Origin: Verrucomicrobiota bacterium
Lineage (GTDB): Bacteria; Verrucomicrobiota; Verrucomicrobiia; Limisphaerales; Palsa-1400
Direction of reading: 5' to 3'
DNA length: 64,000 nt
Assembly (NCBI GenBank): GCA_049510745.1
Contig: JBEKYR010000007.1
Location: 126,308 to 190,307 of the forward strand
Below the pieces are notes generated by a model. The model did no database searches. It was not told the DNA's origin and saw only the letters and a program-made list of their open reading frames with translations. Every line of letters begins with the position of its first letter. Positions within the stretch are counted from its first letter, which is position 1. Below are positions 52,094 through 62,618 of this stretch, piece after piece. Both the position numbers and the translations under genes were made by a program.

Positions 52094-55000
52094 CTACGCA
52101 GGTACCAGGATGCCCCGGTTTTCGGGGGCGCTCACCGCTCTCCAGACCTTGAATTCGACGGAATGTTCACGGCGGTCATCCACCAAGGGGACTGTTTTCA
52201 CGCCAAGTTTTTTTCCATCGAGAAAGAGTTGGTCCTCGTCGGCCGCATCAGCAACCAGCCGGGTAATGGTGACGTGATAGACAGTTTGCCGGTAGCGGTA
52301 GTGAATTTTGCAGGTCGTCCAGCTTTTCGGAAGCCGGGGTGTCAGCCGCAGTTGATCGCCCGCGAGATTGAAGCCCAGCAGCGTTTCGATGAGCAGCCGA
52401 TACATCCAGCCGGCAGATCCAGTATACCAAGTCCATCCGCCCCGGCCGATGTGCGGCGCCACCGCATAAACGTCCGCAGCGATGACATAAGGCTCAACTT
52501 TGTAAGTGGCGATTTGTTGGGGCGTGCTCGCGTGATGGATAGGATTGAGCAGCGCGAACAGTTCCCATGCGCGCTCGGTTTCCCCGATGAGTGCAAAGGC
52601 CATGACGGTCCAAATCGCGCCGTGGGTGTATTGGCCGCCGTTCTCGCGCACACCAGGAATGTATCCTTTGATATATCCGGGATTGAGCGCTGAGTTGTCG
52701 AAGGGCGGATCAAATAATTGAATCAGCCCGGCGTCGCGGCGCACCAGACGCTGATCGACGGACTCCAACGCCAACCTGGAATGCTCAGGATCGCCGGCTC
52801 CGCTGATCACCGACCAACTCTGTGGCAAGGAATCAATCTGACATTCCGGATTGCTCTGGGAGCCGAGCGGTTCGCCGCTGTCGAAGTAGGCCCGGCGATA
52901 CCATTGGCCGTCCCAGGCGTGTTGCTCGATGTTTTGCTGCAATTGCCGCGCCTCGGCCAGGCAGCGTTCGGCAAAGGCGGGATCGCGGTGCGCGCGGGCC
53001 AGTGGAGCAAACTGGGTGAGCACGTCGTAAAGAAAGAAAGCCAGCCACACGCTTTCACCGCGTCCCTGGTTGCCCACCCGGTTCATGCCATCATTCCAGT
53101 CACCACATCCCATCAGAGGCAAACCGTGTTCTCCGAATCTTAGTCCGCCCTCGATGGCGCGCACGCAATGTTGGTAAAGGGTGGCCGACTCTTCGGAGCG
53201 ATTCGGCAGATCATAGTAGGATTCTTCCTCCGGTTTGACCGGGCGGGCTTCAAGGAAGGGAATCTTCTCGTCGAGCACGCCGGTGTCCGCGATACACACA
53301 ACGTAACGACACGTCACGTAAGGCAACCAGAGGAAGTCGTCGGAAATATGCGTCCGCACGCCGCGCCCAGACGGTGGGTGCCACCAATGCTGCACGTCGC
53401 CTTCGCGGAATTGGCGCGCTGCGGCGCGAAGCAGATGCTCGCGGGTCAACGCCGGTTCGGCATGAACCAACGCCATCACGTCCTGCAACTGGTCACGGAA
53501 TCCGTAAGCGCCGCCAGATTGATAAAACCCGGTCCGGCCCCAGAGACGGCAACTCAAAGTCTGATACAACAGCCAGCCATTGGCCATCACATTCACGGCG
53601 GGATCGGGCGAGTCCACGTTCACCGCGCCGAGGGTTCGATTCCAATAATTGCAAACACCTTCGAACGCTACACGGCTGGAGTCGGCCCTGCGAAAGCGAC
53701 GGATCAGATTCTGCCCATCGGCCGCATTGCGGCCGACCCCGAAACGAAAAGTCGTTTCCCGCTCCTGGCCATCCGCCAAATTGAACGCGATTTGCACCGC
53801 TCCGCACGGATCAAGCCCCGCGCCGACTTTGCCGGAAAGGCGCGTGCGCTTCAGCGCAGCCGGCTGCGACAAACTTCCGTTTCGGCCAATGAACTCCTTG
53901 CGATCTCCGGTGCATGTGCGCGCAGGATCGTTGACGTCAAGGAACACGAGGCGATCGGGGAATTCAGTATTGTAGTAATTGCGTGCCAATAATGCGCCGG
54001 TTTTGAGATCCACTTCGGTCTGGACATGCAGCAGGCTTTTCTGCCTCAAGTCGCCCAGCACCCATTCCCAGTAACCGGTGACCGACAAGCGGCGTGGACG
54101 CCCCGAGACGTTGCGTATCTTCAAGACCGTGAATTTTACCGGGGCGTCCATCGCCACATAGACCCACAACTCCGAGGCAATGCCGTTTTCGGTGTGCTCG
54201 AACACAGTGTAGCCAAAGCCATGTCGAATGACATAGGGCGTTGCGCCGCGCGCGGGCAACGGCGACGGTGACCAGAATTGTCCGGTCAGCTCATCGCGGA
54301 TATAGAAAGCCTCCCCTGTGGTGTCCTGGACAGGATCGTCGCTCCACGGTGTCAGTCGAAATTCATGTGAGTTTTCCAGCCAAGTGTAGGCCGCGCCGCT
54401 CTCGGAAACAACCGTCCCGAAACTTGGATTGGCCAGCACATTGACCCAAGGCGCCGGTGTCGTCTGGCCGGGCTGAAGCGTGATGACATACTCGTGCCCG
54501 TCGCGGGTAAAGCCGCCCAAGCCGTTCGGAAAAATCAACTCGCGTGGCGGAAGTGGCGTGGGCCGGTCCTCAGTCCCGAAACGGGTGGGCGTCAACATCG
54601 GCACCAAGGGTTCCAAAACACTTCGATGTTCCATTTGCTGCATCAAAGCACCCTTTTCATCGTCCAGAACAACTCGTGCCGCGGCTTGAAGGAGCACGCG
54701 GTCATCGTTGGGAATCTGTTCGAGGCGCCGTACGAAGATACCTCCCGGCTTGTCCAGCATTTGCGCTTCGATGCCAGAGGAAATTAGACTGGTAATTTGG
54801 TCCTGCAAAGACTGGCGGTAAACCGAAACGTCCTCGTTCAAGATGACGAGATCCACCGTCAGCCCCTTCATGCGCCAATAGGAGTGCGCCTGGATCAACT
54901 GCCGCACGATTTCGATCTTTTCCGAGTCGCTGATTCGGAGCAAGACAATCGGGGCGTCACCCGAAATGCCGTAGCTCCAAAGCCCGCTTTGACCGCGCCG

Positions 55001-58000
55001 GTTGTTGAGCAATACACCGGGGTTGGCCCGGCGGGCGGGGTCGGCGTAAATCAATGCGCCGGCCAAACGGCCATAGAGTTGAGCTTCCGCCTCCGAGGAG
55101 TTGAGTTGGCGCAAAGTCACCTGGCTGTGGGTCCAGGCCAGATCAAAGGCGCGCTCGGCCATGCGGGAGCTTTGATATTTTTCGACATGCGCCAGTGCGG
55201 CTTCCCGGTTTTCGGTCACTCCAAGAACAAGAACAACGATGGCGGTTTCATCGGGCGCCAAGGTGACCGTTCGCCGCAGCGAAATGATGGGGTCCAGCAC
55301 GGAACCGACGGTGTTGGACAAAGGCGACACACTCCGCATCGCGGCCGGGTTGGCCAAGCTCCCGCCGCGTCCGACAAATCGGAGGCGATCCGTTTCACAG
55401 GAAATCTCCCCCGATTCACCACCTTGGCTCACCATGAGATGCAGCAACCACGGCGGCTTCTCTTCCTGGGAACGCGCGCGGCGGGTGCAGAGAATGGAGG
55501 AAGATTCCCGCGCGAACTCAGTTTGCACAAAGAGATTGCTGAAAGCGGGATGCGCCGCGTCCGCGTCCGGCGTGGCGAGCACCACCTCGGCGTAACTGGT
55601 CAATTCAATGACTCGCGTGGCGCGCGAACGATTGGTGATCGTGATGCGCCGCAACTCCACGTCGTCTTCCGGCGACACGCTGATCTCCGTGTGGATTTCG
55701 AGGTCGGACTGTCGCTGCCGAAACTCTGCGCGGGACTGCGAGAAGATGGCTTCGTAGCCTTTGATAGTCCGCAAGGCCGGTTGATACGCGGTGGACCAAA
55801 ATTCTCCTGTCGCCAGATCGCGCAGATAAACAAACGTGCCCCAGCAATCGCGCGTGGCGTCCTCCCGCCAGCGGGTGACCGCCAGATCGCGCCAGCGACT
55901 GTAGCCGCCGCCGGCGCTGCTGATGACAACATGATAGCGGCCGTTGGACAAAAGGTGAACCTCCGGCGCCGGCGTGGTGGGATTGGTGAATACGCGCATG
56001 ACGGCTTCAGCGCTTGCGGCCTGCGTCCGCGATTCCGCAAATTCCAAATCTTCCGTGCGCACGCTCGGGGAGGCCTTGGGCACGCGCTCCTGCAAGAGCA
56101 AATCCGCCGCCTTGAGCAGCGGACAGGCCATGAACCGGCGTTGCATGGGGTAGTCCTTCAACACATTCACGAGAGACAGCAAGCTCATCCCCTGGTGGTG
56201 CGCCATGAAGGAGCGGATGGTGGCGCTCTTTTCGTCCGGCGGCAAACGAGACGGCGTGTAATCCACCGCTTCGTAGAAGCCGTAAGCGCCTTCCCGGCCT
56301 TCGCCCGCCATGCGTTGCAGGTTTTCACATGCGGCCCGGGGCGTGATCATCAGGGCCAGGGCCGTGGCGTACGGAGCGATGACCAAGTCCCCGGCCAACC
56401 CTCTTTTCAAGCCCAAGCCCGGCACGCCGAAGGCGCGATATTGGTAGTTCAGTTGGACATCGGTCCGGTTGTAGCCCGATTCGGAAACGCCCCAAGGCAC
56501 GCCACGCAAATGGCCGTACGCGATTTGTTGCCGCACCGCCGCTTGGCAGGTGCGGTCGAGCAAAGTGTTTTCATAGTTGGGCATGACCAGCAGCGGCATC
56601 AGATACTCGAACATCGAGCCGCTCCACGAAATCAGGATCGGTCCACCTCGGACTGCGACGAGCAGACGGCCCATGGAGAACCAGTGGTCCTGCGGAACTT
56701 GCCCTAAAGCGATAGCGACGTAGCTGCATAAGCGCGCCTCCGAGGCCAGCAGATCATAGAAGCTGGTGTCGCAGCGGCGTTCGGTAACGTTGAAGCCGAT
56801 GGAGAATAAATCCCTCGCCGGGTCGAACAGAAAAGTAAAATCCATCCCCGCCAGTTCGTCGCATTGCGCGGCTAATGATTCCAAGGCCAGAAGGCGTTGC
56901 CGGGCATGTTCGCTGGCTTCACGCAGGCAGCGCGCCAGTTCGGTCAGATGCTTCGTCTCCTCCGGTCGGGGTTGGGATGGTTCGGTGGGGATGGCTTTCA
57001 AGGCCGCTTCGATCAACGGACAGAGCGTCAGTTCATATTTCGTGAGCTCACGCAAGTTTGGCACTTGATCAAGCAGGGCGATTTTCTCAGCAAGTTTTGC
57101 CGCCGCTGACGCAGCCTCCGCAGGTCGGCAGCCGCGAGTCAAGGTTGGCAATGCCAGCCACGGTGCCAGAAAAAGAATGTCTGCCAAATGCGCCTCGCAA
57201 TTTTGCTTTAGAGCCACGGACCACCCCTTGATTTCTTCTGATTCGCCTGCCAGTGATGCAGCAATTTCCGTCGCCTGGCCCGTCGTTTCTTCCAACACGG
57301 CCATCGCCGCGCGCAGATCGGAAGGAAATTGTCTCAGCGATTCGCCGAGTCTGGTGAGCGCGGCTTTTTCAAGGACCAAATCCCTGAGGATCCCCACTGT
57401 GTCGCGCAGACCTGCAAAAATCTCGGGCCGGAAAATCTTTTCTTCGGCCTGTTCCCTGAGTCCGGAGCCAAGGGTCAGTAAATGTCCCGCCAGATTGCCG
57501 CTGTCCACACTGGAAACATAGAGCGGGCGCAGTGGTTGGAGCGTGCGGGTTTCGTACCAATTGTAGAAGTGCCCACGATACCGCTCCAGTCGTTGCATGG
57601 TGGCGAGAGTGTCTTTGGTGCGCCGCATCAAACCGCCTGTCGAAAGATGCCCCAAATCCCACGCGGCCAGATTGGCCAGCAGCGCCAAGCCCATATTGGT
57701 GGGTGAGGTCCGCGAAGCGATCGTTGGGACGGGCACTTCCTGAAAATTGTCCGGTGGCAGCCAGTTCTCTTGGGCAGTCACAAGCGTTTCGAAAAAATGC
57801 CACGTCTTGCGGGCCGTGCGTTTCAGAAAGGCCAATTGCTCGTCCGTCAACGTCGGCTCCGCAGATTCAATAGGCTGGCTGATCCACCAGGCGACCCAAG
57901 GGGCGGCCAGCCAGAGCCCAAGGATCGGGAGGGCCAAAGACAGTTGAGCCGGCTGCAAGGCGGCCAGGAAAAATCCGGTCGCCAGCGCGGTCACGGGCGC

Positions 58001-60859
58001 GATCCACATCGTGGCGTAGAAGCCGGCGAGGTCGGCGCGCGTTGTCCGTTCGGAATCGCTCGATGTCTGCCATTCAAGGAGTCGCTTGTGTGTTAAAAGC
58101 AAGCGGAGCAGCGTCCTTCCGATGGCGTCCAGGCTGATAAAAGCGTCGTAGGGTAGAAAAGCCAGGGTAAGAACGATCTGTCCGATCTGCCGGCCATAAG
58201 ACCCGCCCACGGCCCGCAGATGCATCGCCCACGGCAAATCAGCCGGTTTGCGAAACACATCGACCAACGCCGACAATGATCCTGGGAGAATGATAATTCC
58301 AAGAACCAACAGCGATCCCAGGCCCTCAAGTTCGGGCAGGAGCAGCCAGGCGCCCAGCATGAGAAACACCAGGGCAGCGGGGACCAGACTGCGCCTCAGG
58401 TTGTCGAGAATCTTCCACTGGGACAGGACGGAAAGCGGGTTGGCAATGCGCCGGGCGTCAGAACCGGGCACCCGCGGCAGGAGCCAATGCGTAATTTGCC
58501 AGTCGCCGCGAATCCAGCGGTGACGCCGGTCAATGTCCACGTTGTAGCGGGAAGGATATTCCTCGTAGAGTTCCACATCGCTCACGAGGGCGGAGCGGGC
58601 ATGGCACGCTTCCAACAAGTCATGGCTGAGAACAGTATTCTCCGGGAAGCGCCCGTTCATGGCTCGCTGAAAGGCATCCACATCGTAAATGCCCTTGCCG
58701 ATAAACGAGCCTTCCTGGAAAAGATCCTGATACACGTCCGACACTTCCCGCGTATAGGGATCAATGCCCGCGTCGCCGGCAAAAAGCCGGACAAACCACG
58801 ACCTCCGGGCGCCGGGCAGACTCACACCGACGCGCGGTTGCAGAATGCTGTAACCTTCGGCGACGATCCCGCGCGCGGCGTCGAACACCGGACGGTTCAA
58901 CGGATGGGCCATGGTGCCGACAAGCTGCCGGGCGGCATCGCGCGGCAATTGGGTGTCTGTGTCAAGAGTAATGACATATTTGATGGAGGGCAGGATGGCC
59001 GTTTCCCCCACGATCTCGGAAAAGCACGCGCGGGAACCGCCGCGGAGGAGAGCGTTGAATTCCATGAGCTTTCCACGCTTGCGCTCGTATCCCATCCACA
59101 AGCCTTCTCCGGCGTTCCAACGGCGTGGCCGATGAAACAAGAAGAACAGGGTGGAATTCCCGGAAGGATACTTCTGGTTCAACATTTCGATTCCGGTTCG
59201 CGCCCGTTGAAGAAGTGCTTGATCTCCAGGCAGAATCTCCTCCGGTGCGTCACGGAAATCCGTCAGCAGAGCGAAGTGAAGGCGCTGATCCCGATTCGCG
59301 AGATGATGAATCTCCAATGTCTCGATAAGACGATCAACCCCCGCCAGGCTCGTCAGCATCGTGGGAACGGCCACCATCGTGCCGCAATCCGCAGCAATGC
59401 CAGCGGAAAAATCCAAGCGCGGGAGCAGGCTGGGTTTGACCAGCAATGTGGACAGCCAGTTCATCAGCGCCACGGCCAATTGGCTGGAACAAAGGAGAAA
59501 AACAGGTATGAAGAAAGCGAGTTTCCATGCTGGCGCTTCGAGCAGCCGGGTCTGCTGCATCAGCCCGCACGCGGACAGTAACGTGATTACCCCGATTCCG
59601 CCCGCATAAAACGTCAGCGGGTAACGGTGGATGCTTCGTTCGATGATGGTTCGCCAGGGCCACCTCACCTTCGTCATGCGACCAAGCATCGTTTGGCCTT
59701 TGTCGATCAAGTGGAAGCCGACGTGGCCGGTCCGGTCTTCGCTCCCTTTTTGCCGGGCACTGTCTTCGGCCAGTTGGATGGCGCGCCGCGCAACGTCCGC
59801 TTCCGAAAGTTGACTGTGCCGGGCAAGGAACTCGACCGAGTGGCGATAGCGATCTCGGGTCGAAAAATCCATCTCGGCGTAAACACCGGCCGGGTCCAAG
59901 CGCAAAACTTCCTCGACCAGGCTCAGCTTCTCCACAAACTCCTTCCAGTCCATGGCACTCAACAAACGAAGACTGGCAATACTGTGGCTGACGGAAACCT
60001 GGTCGGCCGCCTGATTTTGGCTCTCCAATTGGACGAGTTGTTCGATGGACAACCCTTGTTCAACAAGCTTCTGTTCGAGCCAACTGCGCGCGAGGTGCAA
60101 GACCGGAGTGTGGAGCGCCAAACGCTGACAGAATTCCGCCACAAAGGAACTGGAAAGGGGGAGATCGGATTTCGCCATGTCCGCCACCACCACCACGAGT
60201 TGGGACGGGGCCTTCTCCGCCATGTCCTGCAATCGATCCACCCATAGGTCCGCCAGATCGCGATCCTTCCGTCCGATCGTCAGTCTGGCGGTAATGCGCT
60301 GCAGGTTTTCAACCAGCCCCAGGCGTAACATGATGGGAATGGCCCACAACTCGCCCAGTTTCAAGGAACTTACTGTTTGGTAGGCGGCGACGAAGGCACT
60401 CAGAGGTTCGGCATCAATTTGTGCGTCCACGTGCGAGATAAATTCGAGCACGATGTCGTAAACGCGAGGAAGTCCGGACGAAGGGCCGTTCAAGAGGCGG
60501 GGCAACTCCCGACTGTAGCCCCGGGGCAGATGCCGCCGGGCCATTTGAATCTGCTCTTCGATCAGGTAAAAGTTGTCGAGAAACCATTCGGCGGCGGGAG
60601 TGATGCGCCGGCTTGGATCAACGGCAAGGCTCGCGCGATTAAATGCCCTAAGGATGTCCTCGTTTTGGTCCAACCGGGCCAGCAGACGGTTGGACCCCGG
60701 CCGGGTGACGGTTTGATGATGGGCCGCGAGAGCTTTGGCATGGCGCGCCAATTGTTCGATGCTGAACAACTCGGCCCGCAAGGGCGCTTCGCTCGCGCTT
60801 GGGCGCAAGCGCTCATATCCGGCCTTCCGGCCTTGAAAGCGCAATGGCATAGTCTGCAT
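52094..60859 (-). CDS. ndvB: Cyclic beta-1,2-glucan synthase (GT84, transglycosylase/glucoamylase-like domain, GH94 phosphorylase)
   Basis: About 2920 aa; WMGYERKRGK, ITLDTDT, SHDLLE, RHRWIRGDWQ, TM block, PPDNFQE, SWSGSMFEYLMP, WGVSES, YQSGGAYGFRDQLQD, GDWNDG, RENGGQYTH; start 60859 inferred. Confidence 0.95.
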   Translation of the reverse strand: MQTMPLRFQGRKAGYERLRPSASEAPLRAELFSIEQLARHAKALAAHHQTVTRPGSNRLLARLDQNEDILRAFNRASLAVDPSRRITPAAEWFLDNFYLIEEQIQMARRHLPRGYSRELPRLLNGPSSGLPRVYDIVLEFISHVDAQIDAEPLSAFVAAYQTVSSLKLGELWAIPIMLRLGLVENLQRITARLTIGRKDRDLADLWVDRLQDMAEKAPSQLVVVVADMAKSDLPLSSSFVAEFCQRLALHTPVLHLARSWLEQKLVEQGLSIEQLVQLESQNQAADQVSVSHSIASLRLLSAMDWKEFVEKLSLVEEVLRLDPAGVYAEMDFSTRDRYRHSVEFLARHSQLSEADVARRAIQLAEDSARQKGSEDRTGHVGFHLIDKGQTMLGRMTKVRWPWRTIIERSIHRYPLTFYAGGIGVITLLSACGLMQQTRLLEAPAWKLAFFIPVFLLCSSQLAVALMNWLSTLLVKPSLLPRLDFSAGIAADCGTMVAVPTMLTSLAGVDRLIETLEIHHLANRDQRLHFALLTDFRDAPEEILPGDQALLQRARTGIEMLNQKYPSGNSTLFFLFHRPRRWNAGEGLWMGYERKRGKLMEFNALLRGGSRACFSEIVGETAILPSIKYVITLDTDTQLPRDAARQLVGTMAHPLNRPVFDAARGIVAEGYSILQPRVGVSLPGARRSWFVRLFAGDAGIDPYTREVSDVYQDLFQEGSFIGKGIYDVDAFQRAMNGRFPENTVLSHDLLEACHARSALVSDVELYEEYPSRYNVDIDRRHRWIRGDWQITHWLLPRVPGSDARRIANPLSVLSQWKILDNLRRSLVPAALVFLMLGAWLLLPELEGLGSLLVLGIIILPGSLSALVDVFRKPADLPWAMHLRAVGGSYGRQIGQIVLTLAFLPYDAFISLDAIGRTLLRLLLTHKRLLEWQTSSDSERTTRADLAGFYATMWIAPVTALATGFFLAALQPAQLSLALPILGLWLAAPWVAWWISQPIESAEPTLTDEQLAFLKRTARKTWHFFETLVTAQENWLPPDNFQEVPVPTIASRTSPTNMGLALLANLAAWDLGHLSTGGLMRRTKDTLATMQRLERYRGHFYNWYETRTLQPLRPLYVSSVDSGNLAGHLLTLGSGLREQAEEKIFRPEIFAGLRDTVGILRDLVLEKAALTRLGESLRQFPSDLRAAMAVLEETTGQATEIAASLAGESEEIKGWSVALKQNCEAHLADILFLAPWLALPTLTRGCRPAEAASAAAKLAEKIALLDQVPNLRELTKYELTLCPLIEAALKAIPTEPSQPRPEETKHLTELARCLREASEHARQRLLALESLAAQCDELAGMDFTFLFDPARDLFSIGFNVTERRCDTSFYDLLASEARLCSYVAIALGQVPQDHWFSMGRLLVAVRGGPILISWSGSMFEYLMPLLVMPNYENTLLDRTCQAAVRQQIAYGHLRGVPWGVSESGYNRTDVQLNYQYRAFGVPGLGLKRGLAGDLVIAPYATALALMITPRAACENLQRMAGEGREGAYGFYEAVDYTPSRLPPDEKSATIRSFMAHHQGMSLLSLVNVLKDYPMQRRFMACPLLKAADLLLQERVPKASPSVRTEDLEFAESRTQAASAEAVMRVFTNPTTPAPEVHLLSNGRYHVVISSAGGGYSRWRDLAVTRWREDATRDCWGTFVYLRDLATGEFWSTAYQPALRTIKGYEAIFSQSRAEFRQRQSDLEIHTEISVSPEDDVELRRITITNRSRATRVIELTSYAEVVLATPDADAAHPAFSNLFVQTEFARESSSILCTRRARSQEEKPPWLLHLMVSQGGESGEISCETDRLRFVGRGGSLANPAAMRSVSPLSNTVGSVLDPIISLRRTVTLAPDETAIVVLVLGVTENREAALAHVEKYQSSRMAERAFDLAWTHSQVTLRQLNSSEAEAQLYGRLAGALIYADPARRANPGVLLNNRRGQSGLWSYGISGDAPIVLLRISDSEKIEIVRQLIQAHSYWRMKGLTVDLVILNEDVSVYRQSLQDQITSLISSGIEAQMLDKPGGIFVRRLEQIPNDDRVLLQAAARVVLDDEKGALMQQMEHRSVLEPLVPMLTPTRFGTEDRPTPLPPRELIFPNGLGGFTRDGHEYVITLQPGQTTPAPWVNVLANPSFGTVVSESGAAYTWLENSHEFRLTPWSDDPVQDTTGEAFYIRDELTGQFWSPSPLPARGATPYVIRHGFGYTVFEHTENGIASELWVYVAMDAPVKFTVLKIRNVSGRPRRLSVTGYWEWVLGDLRQKSLLHVQTEVDLKTGALLARNYYNTEFPDRLVFLDVNDPARTCTGDRKEFIGRNGSLSQPAALKRTRLSGKVGAGLDPCGAVQIAFNLADGQERETTFRFGVGRNAADGQNLIRRFRRADSSRVAFEGVCNYWNRTLGAVNVDSPDPAVNVMANGWLLYQTLSCRLWGRTGFYQSGGAYGFRDQLQDVMALVHAEPALTREHLLRAAARQFREGDVQHWWHPPSGRGVRTHISDDFLWLPYVTCRYVVCIADTGVLDEKIPFLEARPVKPEEESYYDLPNRSEESATLYQHCVRAIEGGLRFGEHGLPLMGCGDWNDGMNRVGNQGRGESVWLAFFLYDVLTQFAPLARAHRDPAFAERCLAEARQLQQNIEQHAWDGQWYRRAYFDSGEPLGSQSNPECQIDSLPQSWSVISGAGDPEHSRLALESVDQRLVRRDAGLIQLFDPPFDNSALNPGYIKGYIPGVRENGGQYTHGAIWTVMAFALIGETERAWELFALLNPIHHASTPQQIATYKVEPYVIAADVYAVAPHIGRGGWTWYTGSAGWMYRLLIETLLGFNLAGDQLRLTPRLPKSWTTCKIHYRYRQTVYHVTITRLVADAADEDQLFLDGKKLGVKTVPLVDDRREHSVEFKVWRAVSAPENRGILVPA

Positions 60860-61195
60860 GTTCTTCTGACTATTGAAGGTGATTCCTGCAACCAACCTCA
60901 CCGCAGGAATTCATCCTTTTTGGCCCCTCCAGCACGCCCGTCGGCCTTGGGGCAGGCCGAATAACGTCCAGTTCCGGCGCGGGCACTTGCTTCAGCCCAA
61001 CGAAATGACGTTGCCGAGTTCACGACGATGACCCTTAGGAAGATGCGCTTGCGCCCGGTTAAAGGATATGGGGTGTTCCCCCCATCTACGTCCTGGCTCC
61101 AAGCCGAGGGGCCGGTGTTCACAAGCCGATACCCGAAATTCGTTGCGCACGCCGCAACTCCGCAGCCCATCGGTCAATCAGGATTTATTAGGGAT

Positions 61196-61212
61196 AGGGT
61201 TACACCCCATAG
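61196..61212. promoter_or_regulatory. Repeated upstream motif (exact 17-bp copy at 62276-62292, inverted variant at 61067-61085)
   Basis: AGGGTTACACCCCATAG at both sites; TATGGGGTGTTCCCCCCAT toward ndvB. Confidence 0.7.
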
Positions 61213-61403
61213 GAGAGGGCGAGCCTTTGCCGTAATTTAGGTTGATCGAGCGACTGCAGGAAGGCTTTTACCATCACATTGGCGGCAAACAGCATCGAAA
61301 AACAAAACGATCAGATGTGTTTAATAAAGCAGATGGTGGAACCGATTCTGAAGAACTTGGTGGAAGAGACCTCCAACCCTCAAACATCAAAGAAAGGAAC
61401 ATT

Positions 61404-61913
61404 ATGAGAAGTTTTTTCAATGGACTGCTCCTGGGCGTCATTTTGGGCGCCGCGGGGTACTGGTTTATCCAACACAAAGCGCGGGAACATCCCGAGGCGG
61501 AGCAGCGCGCCGAGGCCGCCGCCGCCCAGGCCCGATCCTCCGCCGGCGAGGCGGGGCAACATTTGTCGGATGCGTTGAAGGCCAAGCTGGAAACGCTCGA
61601 CCTGCGCTCCGACCAAATCAAGGACGAACTGGCGCGGAGCGGTAAAATCGTGCGGCGCAAGGCGCACGACCTCGGCGAGCAGGTGGCCGATGCGGCGGCG
61701 GACGCGCGCATCGTCACCGACATCAAGGCCAAGTACGCGGCTGATCCGGACCTGTCCGTTTGGAAAATCTCCGTCTCCTCCGACCAGGGTCACGTGATGC
61801 TTGCGGGGACCGTTTCCGCCGAGGGGAACATCGGCAAGGCGGTAGCCCTGGCGCTGGAAGCGGACGGGGTGCGCGATGTCACTTCCACCCTCGCAGTCAA
61901 GCCTAACTCATAA
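61404..61913 (+). CDS. Membrane-anchored BON-domain protein
   Basis: GAAAGGA RBS; MRSFFNGLLLGVILGAAGYWF; ADARIVTDIKAK...ISVSS..GHVMLAGTV...DGVRDVTSTL. Confidence 0.88.
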   Translation: MRSFFNGLLLGVILGAAGYWFIQHKAREHPEAEQRAEAAAAQARSSAGEAGQHLSDALKAKLETLDLRSDQIKDELARSGKIVRRKAHDLGEQVADAAADARIVTDIKAKYAADPDLSVWKISVSSDQGHVMLAGTVSAEGNIGKAVALALEADGVRDVTSTLAVKPNS

Positions 61914-61933
61914 AAAGGAAAACTTTCCCGAAA

Positions 61934-62080
61934 ATGCCTGGCTGAACTGCAAATCCCTGAGATAGGCGAGTCCATCTCCGAAGTGCAAATCGGCGACTGG
62001 CGCAAGGCAGAGAAGGATTCCGTGGCGAGCGATGGAGACACTGTCACGACCGAGTCGGTAAAAACCAGCCACGATCTCGC
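61934..62080 (+). pseudogene. Frameshifted, decayed lipoyl-domain remnant (SucB/E2-type N-terminus)
   Basis: ATG, +1 shift, then LAELQIPEIGESISEVQIGDWRKAEKDSVASDGDTVTTESVKT; the lipoyl motif normally ESDKA/ETDK is degenerate. Confidence 0.65.
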
Positions 62081-62457
62081 ACTGTGCGCAATGCTGATCT
62101 CGGCATTACCAAGCGGTACGGGTGTGGGGGCTTACACCGCGGCCAGGAAAAGGCTCCGATTTGCGAGGGCGCTTACCGGACGCGAGATGGAGTTTCACCT
62201 CTTTAACTGCATTCGGGCAAGGTTGGGCAATTGGATTCCGTCGCCTGGTTGCCCCGGGGAGATCCCTTGCACGGGAGGGTTACACCCCATAGCAATGAGT
62301 CGGCCCCTCACTTAGAGTGAATGCGTGACCGACGAGATCGGCAACATGATGCTCGATGTCGCGGCAGCGACGCAATAACGGCGCTGACAGATTGCTGTTG
62401 GAGGGCGCAAAAGCGCGCCGGTCGGCAGTGAATCATGCAAATTGAAAGGAAAATTAT

Positions 62458-62610
62458 ATGTTATACACAATTGCGGTAGTATTGCTCGTTCTATGGTTGC
62501 TCGGTCTGGTGACCAGTTACACGATGGGCGGGTTTATTCACATCCTCCTGGCACTGGCCATAATCATGGTGCTCATCAATCTCTTTTCCGGGCGCAAACG
62601 CTCGGTTTAA
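62458..62610 (+). CDS. lmo0937 (DUF5670)-family small membrane protein, 50 aa
   Basis: Manual translation MLYTIAVVLLVLWLLGLVTSYTMGGFIHILLALAIIMVLINLFSGRKRSV; GAAAGGA RBS; below the ORF-track cutoff. Confidence 0.9.
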   Translation: MLYTIAVVLLVLWLLGLVTSYTMGGFIHILLALAIIMVLINLFSGRKRSV

Positions 62611-62618
62611 ATGGCTGT

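Noticed and set aside
54797..56707. 636-aa + strand ORF and similar long antisense ORFs (e.g. 1077..2069, 18510..19616, 41517..42653, 58487..59581)
   Set aside because: Shadows of well-supported opposite-strand genes in GC-rich DNA, with no recognisable motifs
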